Part shown: piece by piece, positions 19,796 through 29,715 of the stretch
How positions within the stretch are numbered: position 1 is the first letter of the stretch
Layout: every line of letters begins with the position of its first letter
Origin: Candidatus Dojkabacteria bacterium
Lineage (GTDB): Bacteria; Patescibacteriota; Dojkabacteria; B142; JAFGFJ01
NCBI GenBank assembly: GCA_016931155.1
Contig: JAFGFJ010000006.1
Span: 472,652 to 536,651 of the forward strand
Direction of reading: 5' to 3'
DNA length: 64,000 nucleotides
Notes under the pieces: generated by a model
Databases searched by the model: none
What the model saw: the letters and a program-made list of their open reading frames with translations, nothing else
Told to the model about the DNA's origin: nothing
Made by a program: the position numbers and the translations under genes

Positions 19796-21145
19796 ATGCT
19801 GAATAAGATCAAAAACACTTATCATCTGGTACAGTCGGTCATTTTTAATGCATTGAACGGGTTTCCTGCCTCAAAGCTTGATATTATTGGTGTTACAGGC
19901 ACGGATGGGAAAACTACTACTTCGTCTATGATTTATCATATTCTCAAGTTCTGCGGCAAGAAAGCTTCTCTTATATCAACTGTTGCAGCATATATCGGGG
20001 ATGAAGAGATAGATACCGGACTGCATGTGACAACTCCTGATCCATGGCGATTACCTTCGATTATCAAAAAAATAATATCAAGTGGGCATGAGATTCTTGT
20101 AATTGAAGCCACTTCTCAAGGTCTTGAGCAAAACAGATTGTGGGGAATAGAATTTTCCACCGCTGTATTTACAAATATTGGAAACGACCATTTGGATTAT
20201 CATGGAACTTGGGAAAAATATGCGAACGCTAAATTTAGGCTTGCAAGGCAATTGAAAAAAAACGGAACCTTAGTAATAAACGAGGATCATGAAGAAAGCT
20301 TTAGTTGGTTGAAGAATGCAGCCGAGAACAACAGATTCAGACATGCCAAGTCAAGGTTTTATTCGAAAAGAGAGTTAAAAAATATGAGCCAGTCTGTTGA
20401 TGGTCTAAGTTTTGAATATGATAATACAAAATTCTTTATCCCAGTAATCGGAGAGTATAATTTTGAAAATGGATTGGCAGCGATTGAAGCAACGAGAAAA
20501 TATGTGAGTCTGGATAAAATTTCAAAGGCATTATCTGAATTTACTTCTCCTGGTGGAAGGATGGAAATAATGAAGACGAAACCCTTTACTGTAATTGTTG
20601 ATTTTGCTCATACTCCTGATGCTCTCGAAAATTCGCTTCATTCAGTTAAGAAGATACTGGAAAAAGGCGGAAGAGTAATAAACGTATTTGGTTGTGCTGG
20701 AAAGAGAGACAAGGGTAGGAGAAGGATGGGGAAAGTATCGGCTGAATTAGCAGGTATTACTGTATTGACAGCGGAGGATCCAAGGGATGAAGATTTGAAG
20801 CAGGTGAATAATGAAATTCTGGCATACGCGAAAAAAGCGGGTGGATTTCTTGCGGGAAGGTTTTCTGATCACAAACAGTATTTAAAAAAGAAAATCATTG
20901 CAATTGAGAGAACAGGGAAAGCAAAAGGAAAGCCCGTTGTTGCTTTCGATGAAAATTCTGTAAAAAGTAGAAAAGATGCTATCGATTTTGCCATTTCTAT
21001 AGCAGAAAGGGGAGATGTTGTTTTTATTACTGGAAAAGGACACGAGAAGAGCCTTTCTTTTGGTGCTAAGGAGAAAGAATATTCATGGAGTGATCAGGAA
21101 GAGGTAAAAAGAGTCCTAAAGAGACAGGAGCTTAAGAAAAAGTAG
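19796..21145 (+). CDS. murE: UDP-MurNAc-tripeptide synthetase
   Basis: GVTGTDGKTTT, TTPD, EATSQGL, FTN...DHLDYH, GRME, VDFAHTPDA, VFGCAG.RD, GKGHE. Confidence 0.93.
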   Translation: MLNKIKNTYHLVQSVIFNALNGFPASKLDIIGVTGTDGKTTTSSMIYHILKFCGKKASLISTVAAYIGDEEIDTGLHVTTPDPWRLPSIIKKIISSGHEILVIEATSQGLEQNRLWGIEFSTAVFTNIGNDHLDYHGTWEKYANAKFRLARQLKKNGTLVINEDHEESFSWLKNAAENNRFRHAKSRFYSKRELKNMSQSVDGLSFEYDNTKFFIPVIGEYNFENGLAAIEATRKYVSLDKISKALSEFTSPGGRMEIMKTKPFTVIVDFAHTPDALENSLHSVKKILEKGGRVINVFGCAGKRDKGRRRMGKVSAELAGITVLTAEDPRDEDLKQVNNEILAYAKKAGGFLAGRFSDHKQYLKKKIIAIERTGKAKGKPVVAFDENSVKSRKDAIDFAISIAERGDVVFITGKGHEKSLSFGAKEKEYSWSDQEEVKRVLKRQELKKK

Positions 21146-21147
21146 TT

Positions 21148-21333
21148 ATGTCAGTCTTGATTTCAGAGGTGAATTTAGAGCAAAGAAACACTTCAATGAG
21201 TTTTGAATTCCCAGAAATAATAGAATTAAGAATTACATTTGCTGGCAGGAAGAAAAATGTTTTTCCTGAAAATTGGCATAAAAATTTGGGGTTTGAGACT
21301 AACGGTTTGATAGAAATGAAAGTTGATATCTAA
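21148..21333 (+). CDS. Small hypothetical protein
   Basis: 61-aa ORF starting 2 bp after the murE stop. Confidence 0.35.
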   Translation: MSVLISEVNLEQRNTSMSFEFPEIIELRITFAGRKKNVFPENWHKNLGFETNGLIEMKVDI

Positions 21334-21980
21334 TTTATGGATTTTAACTCAGCCAGATCCTTTCTCCATTCTTTTCCGTCGAACCACTCTATTCCACTAA
21401 ATTGTAGCTTGTATTTCGAGGATGCGTCCTTGTAGGAACCAAGGTAAATGTATTTTTTGTTTTTGTCTTTTGCCCAGTTTACAGCAATTGTCATCATCCC
21501 TATGCCCAGTCCGGCTTTATCAAACTCGAGTTCATAAAAAGGGTAGGAGTAATGCAGGATATTTTTTGTCTCAAGGCAGATACAATAACCAAGATCTCTC
21601 TCTATTTGTGAGTACACAAATAACCTGTTGAAGTTGCTTTTTTCATGATCAGTAAGCACATTTTTTATTTTACCTGCAGACATTGTTCCAGATCCAAATT
21701 TCTGAGTATAAAAATTCTTTGCGAGTTTATGGAATTTGTAGTTGTAATTCACCAGAGGAACTGCTTGCACACCAAGTGAAATTTTTTCGTTTTTACGCAA
21801 AATTCTTCTATTCTCACTGCTCATCTCAAATTTCTCGAGGTTTACTCTGATGCTTCTTGTCTGTTCCATGGAACCTTTGAATTTTCTTGTAAAGACAAAG
21901 CCTCTGTCGTAAGAATCCTCAATCAGTTCATCGCAAAAGTCCGATAAAGATTTTTCCGCCCACTTTATATAATCAATCAT
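21330..21980 (-). CDS. ATE1/Bpt-like aminoacyl-tRNA--protein transferase (GNAT fold)
   Basis: Y.RGF, RSIRV....F.MSSENRRILRKN, YPFYE, LG...M, YIYLG.Y, YKLQF resemble ATE_N/ATE_C motifs. Confidence 0.7.
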   Translation of the reverse strand: MIDYIKWAEKSLSDFCDELIEDSYDRGFVFTRKFKGSMEQTRSIRVNLEKFEMSSENRRILRKNEKISLGVQAVPLVNYNYKFHKLAKNFYTQKFGSGTMSAGKIKNVLTDHEKSNFNRLFVYSQIERDLGYCICLETKNILHYSYPFYELEFDKAGLGIGMMTIAVNWAKDKNKKYIYLGSYKDASSKYKLQFSGIEWFDGKEWRKDLAELKSIN

Positions 21981-22203
21981 CTACTATTTCAATAGTTTTA
22001 ATATTGTTTTTCATTCCTTTGATTATACTTATATTTTGTGGTTTTGTGTCGAAATATTGAGACAGTAATCTAATGATTGCATCATTGGCCTTCCCTTTTT
22101 GAGGGGGATCTGTCACTTTGAGTTTATAATCATATAAAGGGTTTTCCACCTTTTCTATTGAGTTTTTGGATGACTTTGTAATTGCTTTTATTCTAATATT
22201 CAT
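21973..22203 (-). CDS. DUF167 (YggU-like) protein
   Basis: LKVT.PP..GKAN.A.I.LL...F.......I..G. Confidence 0.9.
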   Translation of the reverse strand: MNIRIKAITKSSKNSIEKVENPLYDYKLKVTDPPQKGKANDAIIRLLSQYFDTKPQNISIIKGMKNNIKTIEIVDD

Positions 22204-22291
22204 TCAATCATTTCTTTTATAGTTACCGGGCTTGTGCCAAATAAATTGGCAACTAATATGAATGACAGTATTGACCAGAATACACAAATTG

Positions 22292-22822
22292 CTAATACTC
22301 AAGTCCCTTAATAGCTTTTAATCCTTTACCGTCTTCATATAAGTGTTTGATTTCTTTCATTTCGGTAACTATATCTGCTTCCTTCACCATATTTTTTGTA
22401 GCTCCACGACCAGTAAGAATCAAATGAGTTTTTCCTCTTTTTGCAAGGTTGATGATTCTTAGGACTTCTTTTTCGCTTAGCATATTAAATAGCACTGCAA
22501 CATTTATTTCATCTAGGACTAAAAGAAAAGGCTTTTCATCAGACACAACTTCCACTGCTTTGCTGAAAGCTTTGTTTACTAGTTTTATATCCTCTTTCGA
22601 TGGTTTTTTGAAATTAACCCATCCTTTCTTCCCAAAAGATTCTATTTCTAAGTTCTTTTTTTCAACTGTTTCGAGAAATTCTACTTCAGCTGATTTTAGC
22701 CAGTCTTTAGATTTCATGAACTGGATAATATGTACCTTCTTTCCGCAACCAATTGCTCTTAAGGCTGTACCAAATGCGGCTGTTGTTTTGCCTTTTCCTT
22801 TGCCCGTAAAAATATAAATCAT
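22292..22822 (-). CDS. cobO: Cob(I)alamin adenosyltransferase (CobA/CobO/BtuR family)
   Basis: FTGKGKGKTTAAFG.ALRA.G, IQFMK, LVLDEIN, LILTGR, AD.VTEM.EIKH, G.EY. Confidence 0.93.
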   Translation of the reverse strand: MIYIFTGKGKGKTTAAFGTALRAIGCGKKVHIIQFMKSKDWLKSAEVEFLETVEKKNLEIESFGKKGWVNFKKPSKEDIKLVNKAFSKAVEVVSDEKPFLLVLDEINVAVLFNMLSEKEVLRIINLAKRGKTHLILTGRGATKNMVKEADIVTEMKEIKHLYEDGKGLKAIKGLEY

Positions 22823-22843
22823 AGTATTTAATATACCAAAAAC

Positions 22844-25360
22844 CTAGTTGTTTTGTCTTTTTATCATTTTCAATCTTTCTATTTCTTCATTCAGTAGTTG
22901 CATGTATAGTCCAAGCCCAATGTTTAAAATATTTCCATGTTGTTCCTTTCCGAGAATATTACCCGCACCTCTTATCTCTAGGTCACGGCTGGCAAGGCTA
23001 AACCCGCTTCCTAGTTCTTGAAGATCATGAATTGCCTGGAGTCTTTGGTCAGCCTTATATCCCTTTGGCTTTTTTTTCTCAATGTATTCCTCGGTTTCAA
23101 CTATTTCTGCCTTCACAATCTCTTCAATTCGTTCCGATTTATGAGAATAGAGAAGATGAGCATAGGCTTGCTCGTCTGATCTTCCTACACGTCCTCTCAA
23201 TTGATAAAGCTGTGCAAGTCCGAAGTTTTGGGCATTGTTTACAATGAGAGTGTTAACGTTTGGCATATCAAGACCATTTTCAATAATAGTAGTGCAAAGC
23301 AGGACATCGTATTTTTTGTTGTAAAAATCTTCCATTACTTTTTCGAGTTGAGCCGGTTCCATCTGTCCGTGACCAATTGCAATTCTCAACGAGGGGAGGT
23401 AGCCTTGCAATTTTGCTTTCATTGAATCAATAGTTCTAACTTCATTGTGGACAAAATAAACCTGACCACCTCTTTTTAGTTCAAATGTAATTGCATCAAT
23501 AAGTTTTGTCCATGCGAAATTAACTACATTCGTTTTTATCGGCTTTCGACCTCTTGGTGGAGTTGTGATTATCGAGATGTCGAGAATCTGAGAAAGTGCC
23601 ATGCTGAGTGTTCTTGGGATTGGACTTGCCGATAAGGTAATTGTGTGAACCTGTGTATTTAAATTTTTTAAGATTTCTTTTTGTTTTACTCCGAACTTCT
23701 GTTCTTCGTCTATCACAATTAGCCCTAGATTTTTGAATGATACATCATTCGATAGAAGTCTATGTGTGCCCACGACAATATCTATCTCGCCTGAATTTAT
23801 TTTATTAATAGCAGTACTATTTTCTTGTCTTAAACCAAACCTTGAAAGTGAGGCAATTCTTACCGGGAAGCCTCTAAACCTTTCTTTGAGTACGGAATAA
23901 TGTTGAGCAACAAGTACTGTGGTTGGAGCAAGGATCGCAACCTGCTGACCGGACTCAATTATTCTGAATGCCGCTCTCATAAATACCTCAGTTTTACCAA
24001 ACCCTACATCTCCTACAATCAATCTGTTCATTGGTCTTTCTTTCATGAGATCTTCCTCGATCTGCCTTATTGCAACGAGCTGATCTTCTGTTTCTTCATA
24101 TGCGAATTTGTCGCTGAAATCTTTATAGGCTTCTGTTTTTATTTCATCAATTGGGGAGACTTTACTGATTTCTCTTTTGGCTAAACCTTCCAGCAATTCT
24201 CTTGCTAGAAGTCCGATGGATTTTTTTATCTTTGTTTTGAGTCTGTTCCACATACCTTTTCCAAGTCTGGTTATTTGTGGTGCCTTATCAGTTGGGGCAA
24301 TATACTTGGTTAATTTATGTGCTTGGTTTAAAGGAACAAGAAGCTCATCTCCTTCTGCGTACTTTAAGAGAATAAACTGCTTATTGTCAGGTTCCTGCGT
24401 AATCCCTCCATAGATAGCTACACCATAGTCCTCGTGCACCAAATAACTTCCCACTTTTATCTCACCCTCCAGTTGCCTTAAAAATTTAGTCGAATCTGAT
24501 TCTTTTCCTTTTTTAACAAGGAATATCGTTCCGAAAAGCTCTCTGTCAGTAATAAAAATAGTTTTTAAATCCTTTGAGTAAAAACCTGATTCTATAGTAG
24601 TATCTGATTTTACAACGTACTTTCTCAGTTCTTTCGGGATTTCATTTTTATGTTTGGTATAGATAATTGGTTTGTAACTTAGACCTATAAGTCTTATTAT
24701 TTCCTTCTTGAGAAGATCGAATCTATGAAAGAATAGTTGAGGGTACTGGAAATCGAAAGAAATAATCTTGTCTTCAACTCTTTTTTCTTCATCCGAAAAG
24801 GACAAGCAAGCTCCTTTGAATATTTTGTTATTGTCGGATGAAATATTGATGAAATTGTCTGATTCAGCCAGAGACAAATCGCCAAGTACAAGTTCCTCTA
24901 TTCTTTTTATTCTTGTTCCATATATGCTATCGTAGACTTCCAGTTCTTCTATCTCTTCTCCAAAAAAGATCGCTCTGACCGGATTATCAAGTTCGATCGG
25001 CCAGAAACTGATTGTGTCACCCTTAATACTGAAATCTCTTTTCGTATAGACTTTGCTTTGGTTTGAAAAATTACTTTTTATTAGAGTGTTTTTCAGTACG
25101 GAAAACTTCAGTGTAGTCTTGCTGTAAGTGTTGAGGCTTTTCAAGTATCTAATATTTTCTCTTGTTGCATAGTTTAGAAATATAAATTTCTTTTTAAAAA
25201 CTTGTTCCAAAATGTGGAAAAGAGGTTTTTGAAAATGAAGAAAGAAGCCCTTGATTAACACAAAACGAGCGGGTTTTATATTTGCCCACTCTTTTAAATA
25301 TTTGATTAATTCTTTTGTTGATGGATGAGAAGCAATCAGCCCCTCAATCTCACTTGACAT
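22844..25360 (-). CDS. mfd: Transcription-repair coupling factor, shortened (no C-terminal TRCF domain)
   Basis: RID domain (VHEDYGV), GDVGFGKTEV, DEEQKFG, SA.PIPRTL, QLRGRVGR, DLEIRGAGNILG.EQHG. Confidence 0.92.
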   Translation of the reverse strand: MSSEIEGLIASHPSTKELIKYLKEWANIKPARFVLIKGFFLHFQKPLFHILEQVFKKKFIFLNYATRENIRYLKSLNTYSKTTLKFSVLKNTLIKSNFSNQSKVYTKRDFSIKGDTISFWPIELDNPVRAIFFGEEIEELEVYDSIYGTRIKRIEELVLGDLSLAESDNFINISSDNNKIFKGACLSFSDEEKRVEDKIISFDFQYPQLFFHRFDLLKKEIIRLIGLSYKPIIYTKHKNEIPKELRKYVVKSDTTIESGFYSKDLKTIFITDRELFGTIFLVKKGKESDSTKFLRQLEGEIKVGSYLVHEDYGVAIYGGITQEPDNKQFILLKYAEGDELLVPLNQAHKLTKYIAPTDKAPQITRLGKGMWNRLKTKIKKSIGLLARELLEGLAKREISKVSPIDEIKTEAYKDFSDKFAYEETEDQLVAIRQIEEDLMKERPMNRLIVGDVGFGKTEVFMRAAFRIIESGQQVAILAPTTVLVAQHYSVLKERFRGFPVRIASLSRFGLRQENSTAINKINSGEIDIVVGTHRLLSNDVSFKNLGLIVIDEEQKFGVKQKEILKNLNTQVHTITLSASPIPRTLSMALSQILDISIITTPPRGRKPIKTNVVNFAWTKLIDAITFELKRGGQVYFVHNEVRTIDSMKAKLQGYLPSLRIAIGHGQMEPAQLEKVMEDFYNKKYDVLLCTTIIENGLDMPNVNTLIVNNAQNFGLAQLYQLRGRVGRSDEQAYAHLLYSHKSERIEEIVKAEIVETEEYIEKKKPKGYKADQRLQAIHDLQELGSGFSLASRDLEIRGAGNILGKEQHGNILNIGLGLYMQLLNEEIERLKMIKRQNN

Positions 25361-25405
25361 CGAACGAGTATAGCATAGTTGATTTTAATATGTTTGGGAA
25401 ATCGT

Positions 25406-25495
25406 TTATCTTATATCACATATCTGGTATTGCATATCCTACGTTCTATTTCCTATGTCTTATATCATATATCCTGCACTCTATGCTATATCCCA
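25406..25495. repeat. Degenerate 7-bp-period tandem repeat (ATATCnn)
   Basis: About 12 units in register: ttatctt atatcac atatctg gtattgc atatcct acgttct atttcct atgtctt atatcat atatcct... Confidence 0.65.
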
Positions 25496-25548
25496 CGGCT
25501 AATATCCCTCCCCATGGCCTATATAGTAAATAAATATCAGGATTTACC

Positions 25549-25626
25549 TTGACATAGATCTTTCTTTTGGGTACATTGTTAGCGGTAGCTCAATTGACTT
25601 CGGTTTTGCGAGCTACCATTTTTTGT
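25549..25626 (+). ncRNA. Candidate small RNA: promoter followed directly by a single hairpin and T-tract
   Basis: TTGACA (25549-54), 17 bp, TACATT (25572-77); stem GGTAGCTC (25584-91)/GAGCTACC (25610-17) with a cUUCGg loop, then ATTTTTT. Confidence 0.45.
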
Positions 25627-25670
25627 AAATAAGATTTGCTATAACTCCATAGCAAAAGCTAAGAAATTCC

Positions 25671-28295
25671 TCAATTTTTTTCAGTTGTTTTTTTGAGTTT
25701 CTCCAACTCGCTCAGTGCTTCAAGTGGTGTGAGTTTGTTGGGATTTAATTGCTTTAGCTTTTTGATTGCTGGGTGTTCATCATTTGAAATCCCAAACGCA
25801 AGTTGGATAGGCTGCGTCTTCACAGTATGTGATTCAATGTATTTTTTTGCCTTGTCTTTACTGAACATATTTTCGTGCTCGAGATTCATCAGTATTTCCT
25901 TCGATCTTTCAACAACCTCTTCTGGAATACCAGCCAATTGTGCAACATGCGTTCCATAGCTTTCGTCTGTACCGCCTTTTACTATCTTTCTTAAGAATGT
26001 GACTTTATTGCCTTCTTTTTTTACCGCGACATTATAATTTTTTACTCCAGAAAGTTTTTCTTCAAGCTCAATTAGTTCGTGGTAATGGGTTGCAAATAAT
26101 GTTTTTGCTTTTACTTTTTCGTGAAGGTATTCAGCTATTGCCCATGCTATTGCAACACCATCATAAGTGCTTGTTCCACGTCCAACTTCATCGAGAATTA
26201 TTAGAGACTTATTTGTTGAATTATTGAGAATATTGGCTGTTTCGTTCATTTCGACGAGGAACGTACTTTCCCCATGTGCAAGGTTATCGCTTGCTCCGAT
26301 TCTTGTAAAAATTCTATCGACTATTGACCATGTCATTTTCTCGGCTGGTACAAATGAACCGATTTGTGCCATGTGTGTGATAAGTGCAACCTGTCTTATG
26401 TAAGTCGATTTCCCAGACATATTCGGGCCTGTAAGAATAATCAATTCGTTATTTTTGTTATCCAGCTCAGTGTCATTTGACACAAAAGGCTCTTCCGAAA
26501 TTTCCTCGATTACCGGGTGCCTTCCTTTTTTGATTATGAGTACGTCTTTCCCGTTGTCGACAATTTGAGGTTTAATGTATCTATTGAGTCTTGCTATCTC
26601 AGCAAAATTTGAAATTGCATCAACTGTGGAAATTTTGTCTGAAATCTTCTGAAGATTATCAATACTTTTTGCAATTTCGTTTCTTATCTCCTGAAAAATT
26701 TCAAGTTCAAGTTTTATCACTTTTTCTTGGGCGTTGAGAATTTTGTCCTCCCATTCTTTTAACTCTGGGGTGATAAATCTTTCTGCATTTACCAGGGTCT
26801 GTTTTCTTATATAATCATCCGGCACTTTATCAAGATTTGATTTGCTTATTTCTATATAGTAACCAAAGACTTTGTTGTATCTAACCTTTAGCGAAGAAAT
26901 TCCTGTTCTGTTAATTTCTCTTGCCTGAAGATTTCTAATCCAGTCTTTGCCATTAATCATTGCCTGCTTGATTTCCAAAAGTTCTCTGTTGTATGTCGGT
27001 TTTATTATATTACCTTCGGTAAGCGTATTTGGAGGTTCCTCATCTATGGATTCGAGAATAAGTCTAACCACTTTTTTCGCATCTTTTATTGTATCTTTGC
27101 ACAATCCCTTTTTTATATTCAACAAAGTGTTTTTTGAGTCAATAATAAGATTGAATACTTCTAAAGCATCTTCAAGCGAATTCTTCAGCGTAAGTAAATC
27201 TCTGGCATTTGCATTTCCTGTCCCGATCCTGCCTAATATTCTTTCCAGATCAGACATCTGTTCTAGTTTCTCTTGAATTTTTGAAAGTTTAATATTGTCT
27301 TTGAAAAGTTCTTCTACGCTGTCCTGCCTTTCTTTAATTTGAGTTTTGTTTATCAATGGGTTTAAAATCCATTTTCTGATTAGTCTTCTTCCCATAGCGG
27401 TCTTTGCGTTCCCAAGAATACCTATTAGAGTTGCTTTTTGATCGCTTGAGTTCAATGGGTAAAGAAGTTCAAGGTTTCTGATTGTTGATAAATCCAGGTT
27501 CATATACTTATCCGTTTCTTTTCTGATTTTTGTTATATGATCGAGTGTGGATCTTTGTGTGTTATTCAGATAATAAATAATAATGCCCGCAGCAATAATA
27601 CCGGACTTTTCACCCTCAATTCCAAAGCTTTTTAAATTTTTTGTTTTAAACTGCCTAGTGAGCCTGATAAAATTTTCTTTAAAATTGAATTCCTCTTGGT
27701 CTATTTTTTGTATAAGACCAAAGTTGAAAGTATCTGTATAAGCTGAATCTGCTGAAAGCAGAAGTTCGGAAGGGGAGAGTCTTTTTACATAAGAAACGAT
27801 GTCATCGGGAATAAACCCTTCCAAAGAAGAGAAGAATGATTTTATTTTAAACTCCCCTGTTGTAAGGTCAGTAAAAGCTATTGCCCATTCAGTGCCACCT
27901 TTTATTTTTGAGTTGTAAATTGCTGCAAGATAATTATTTTCAGAGTCGCTCAATGACTTTTCATCCATGATTGTCCCTTTTGTGATGATTTTGACTATAT
28001 CTCTCTCAACAATTCTTCCTGCTTGTGCCTCCTCCATCTGTTCGGCTATGGCAACTTTGTACCCTGCGTTTACAAGTTTGTGGAGATAGGAGTCAAGGGC
28101 GTGGTAGGGAATACCGGCCATTGGTCGGGAATTTTCTCCTTTTCCTCTTTTTGTGAGTGTAATCCCCAAAACCCTGGAGAGAGTTTTGGCGTCATTGTTG
28201 AACCCCTCGTAAAAATCTCCAAGCCGGAAAAGCACTATACAGTCTGAATAGCGTTTCTTAAGTTTATCGTATTGTATAGACATCGGAGTGGCCAT
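25671..28295 (-). CDS. mutS: DNA mismatch repair protein MutS1
   Basis: TPM..QY, FRLGDFYE.F, PMAGIPYH, TGPNMSGKST, DEVGRGTST.DG, FATHYHEL; start taken at MATPM (28295). Confidence 0.97.
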   Translation of the reverse strand: MATPMSIQYDKLKKRYSDCIVLFRLGDFYEGFNNDAKTLSRVLGITLTKRGKGENSRPMAGIPYHALDSYLHKLVNAGYKVAIAEQMEEAQAGRIVERDIVKIITKGTIMDEKSLSDSENNYLAAIYNSKIKGGTEWAIAFTDLTTGEFKIKSFFSSLEGFIPDDIVSYVKRLSPSELLLSADSAYTDTFNFGLIQKIDQEEFNFKENFIRLTRQFKTKNLKSFGIEGEKSGIIAAGIIIYYLNNTQRSTLDHITKIRKETDKYMNLDLSTIRNLELLYPLNSSDQKATLIGILGNAKTAMGRRLIRKWILNPLINKTQIKERQDSVEELFKDNIKLSKIQEKLEQMSDLERILGRIGTGNANARDLLTLKNSLEDALEVFNLIIDSKNTLLNIKKGLCKDTIKDAKKVVRLILESIDEEPPNTLTEGNIIKPTYNRELLEIKQAMINGKDWIRNLQAREINRTGISSLKVRYNKVFGYYIEISKSNLDKVPDDYIRKQTLVNAERFITPELKEWEDKILNAQEKVIKLELEIFQEIRNEIAKSIDNLQKISDKISTVDAISNFAEIARLNRYIKPQIVDNGKDVLIIKKGRHPVIEEISEEPFVSNDTELDNKNNELIILTGPNMSGKSTYIRQVALITHMAQIGSFVPAEKMTWSIVDRIFTRIGASDNLAHGESTFLVEMNETANILNNSTNKSLIILDEVGRGTSTYDGVAIAWAIAEYLHEKVKAKTLFATHYHELIELEEKLSGVKNYNVAVKKEGNKVTFLRKIVKGGTDESYGTHVAQLAGIPEEVVERSKEILMNLEHENMFSKDKAKKYIESHTVKTQPIQLAFGISNDEHPAIKKLKQLNPNKLTPLEALSELEKLKKTTEKN

Positions 28296-28441
28296 AGATA
28301 ATTGTACAACAAGGTTTATGAGGCAGAAAGTAGATTCTAGCGTATCAATATTTTGAAAGTAAAAAAATCTTTCTGAAAGTATATTCTGTTCTACACGAGG
28401 TTCTTGATAAGAGGGGGCAGTTATCAAAGACAATTATTCTT

Positions 28442-28528
28442 TGGTGCCGAGGACAGGAGTTGAACCTGCATGGGATTGCTCCCGCTGGTTCCTAAGACCA
28501 GTGCGTCTACCAATTCCGCCACCTCGGC
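28442..28528 (-). tRNA. tRNA-Leu(TAG)
   Basis: GCCGAGG acceptor, CTGGT-CTTAGGA-ACCAG anticodon arm, long variable arm, GTTCAAC T-loop, encoded CCA. Confidence 0.95.
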
Positions 28529-28600
28529 ACAATCAGATTTTGGAATTTTATCATATTCTTATGCTATTGAGATAATGTTAGAGTTTATAAACATATTGCC

Positions 28601-29642
28601 ATGCTCAATTTCTTTTCCAAAAATGAAAAGCTGTTTTTTCTTCATAGTTCGATATTTGCTGTTCCGTTATCAATAGCAGGTGTTTTTATCAATTTTTTTG
28701 TCTGGGACAAGACTGCAAGTCTTGTTTCAGTTGGTCTTTTTCAGGCATACAGTGCTGCAGGCATTGTGGTTGGGGCATTTCTTGGAGCAATACTTTTGAA
28801 CAGAATTGCTCCTAATATAATGCGTATTGTTGGATCGATTTTTACTGCAATTTCAATAGGTATTATTCTTGTTTTCAGTTACGATATCTCAAAATACATT
28901 TTGCCATCTGGTCTTTTCTTTGGAATAGCGATAGGGTCGAGGGCTATGGCTAACAAACTTATTTTCTTGAGGGGTGTGGATGTTCAATCAAGAGAAAAGT
29001 ATATTAATAATGAAAAGCATGTATCTTCAATTTCTGCGATTATAGTTCCCTTTGCGGCAGCTCTTCTGATCAGTAAGACCGGGAATTATACTATTTTGTT
29101 TATCTTGGTGGCTATACTTTTTGCTCTTTCTTCGATTCCACTTCTGATGATTAAGGGATTGGGGAACCTATAATGCTATTTTTGCTTTTCTTTCTGCAAT
29201 AATTACATACACCCTCGGAAGAAAAGTAAAGTTTTCAAACTCAAAGGATTACCTTATAGTAATGTCATATATTTTTACTCTTGCAGGTCTATTGTTTGCT
29301 TCAAGTTTTGATTTTACATCATATCTGATTTTCAGTTTTATTGCAGGGATCTCTTCAAAGCTCTTTGATACTGCTTTTCAAAGTATAGAATCAAAAATTA
29401 TTGATAGAAATATTGGGGATTTAGATACTATCGATGAATTCAATTTGCTTGAGGAAATTCCTTTGTTTTTTGGTAGAATGATTCCATTTCTCTTTGTAGT
29501 AATAACTAAACCCACTTTTGAAAATGATCTTCTTTTGAGAGTATTTGTTCTTATGGTTTCATTGATTCCTTTTGTGATTTCATATATTCTTTCAAATACT
29601 TATGTTACAAGAAGAAGTAAGGATCCTTTTGTGAAAGGATAA
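28601..29642 (+). pseudogene. MFS transporter split by a frameshift/internal deletion
   Basis: N-half (6 TM) stops at 29173; the C-half frame is open from about 29160 (WGTYNAIFAFLSAIITYTLGRK...) into ORF 29262-29642; the central linker and one TM appear to be missing. Confidence 0.7.
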
Positions 29643-29715
29643 AGTATATATAATCAATGTATTTTTAGTTATAAAATTATATTTTCTTGTCTAAAATTTT
29701 AATTATAAAATTCAT

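Noticed and set aside
28470-28676. 68-aa ORF
   Set aside because: It is the antisense reading of tRNA-Leu and overlaps the MFS start.
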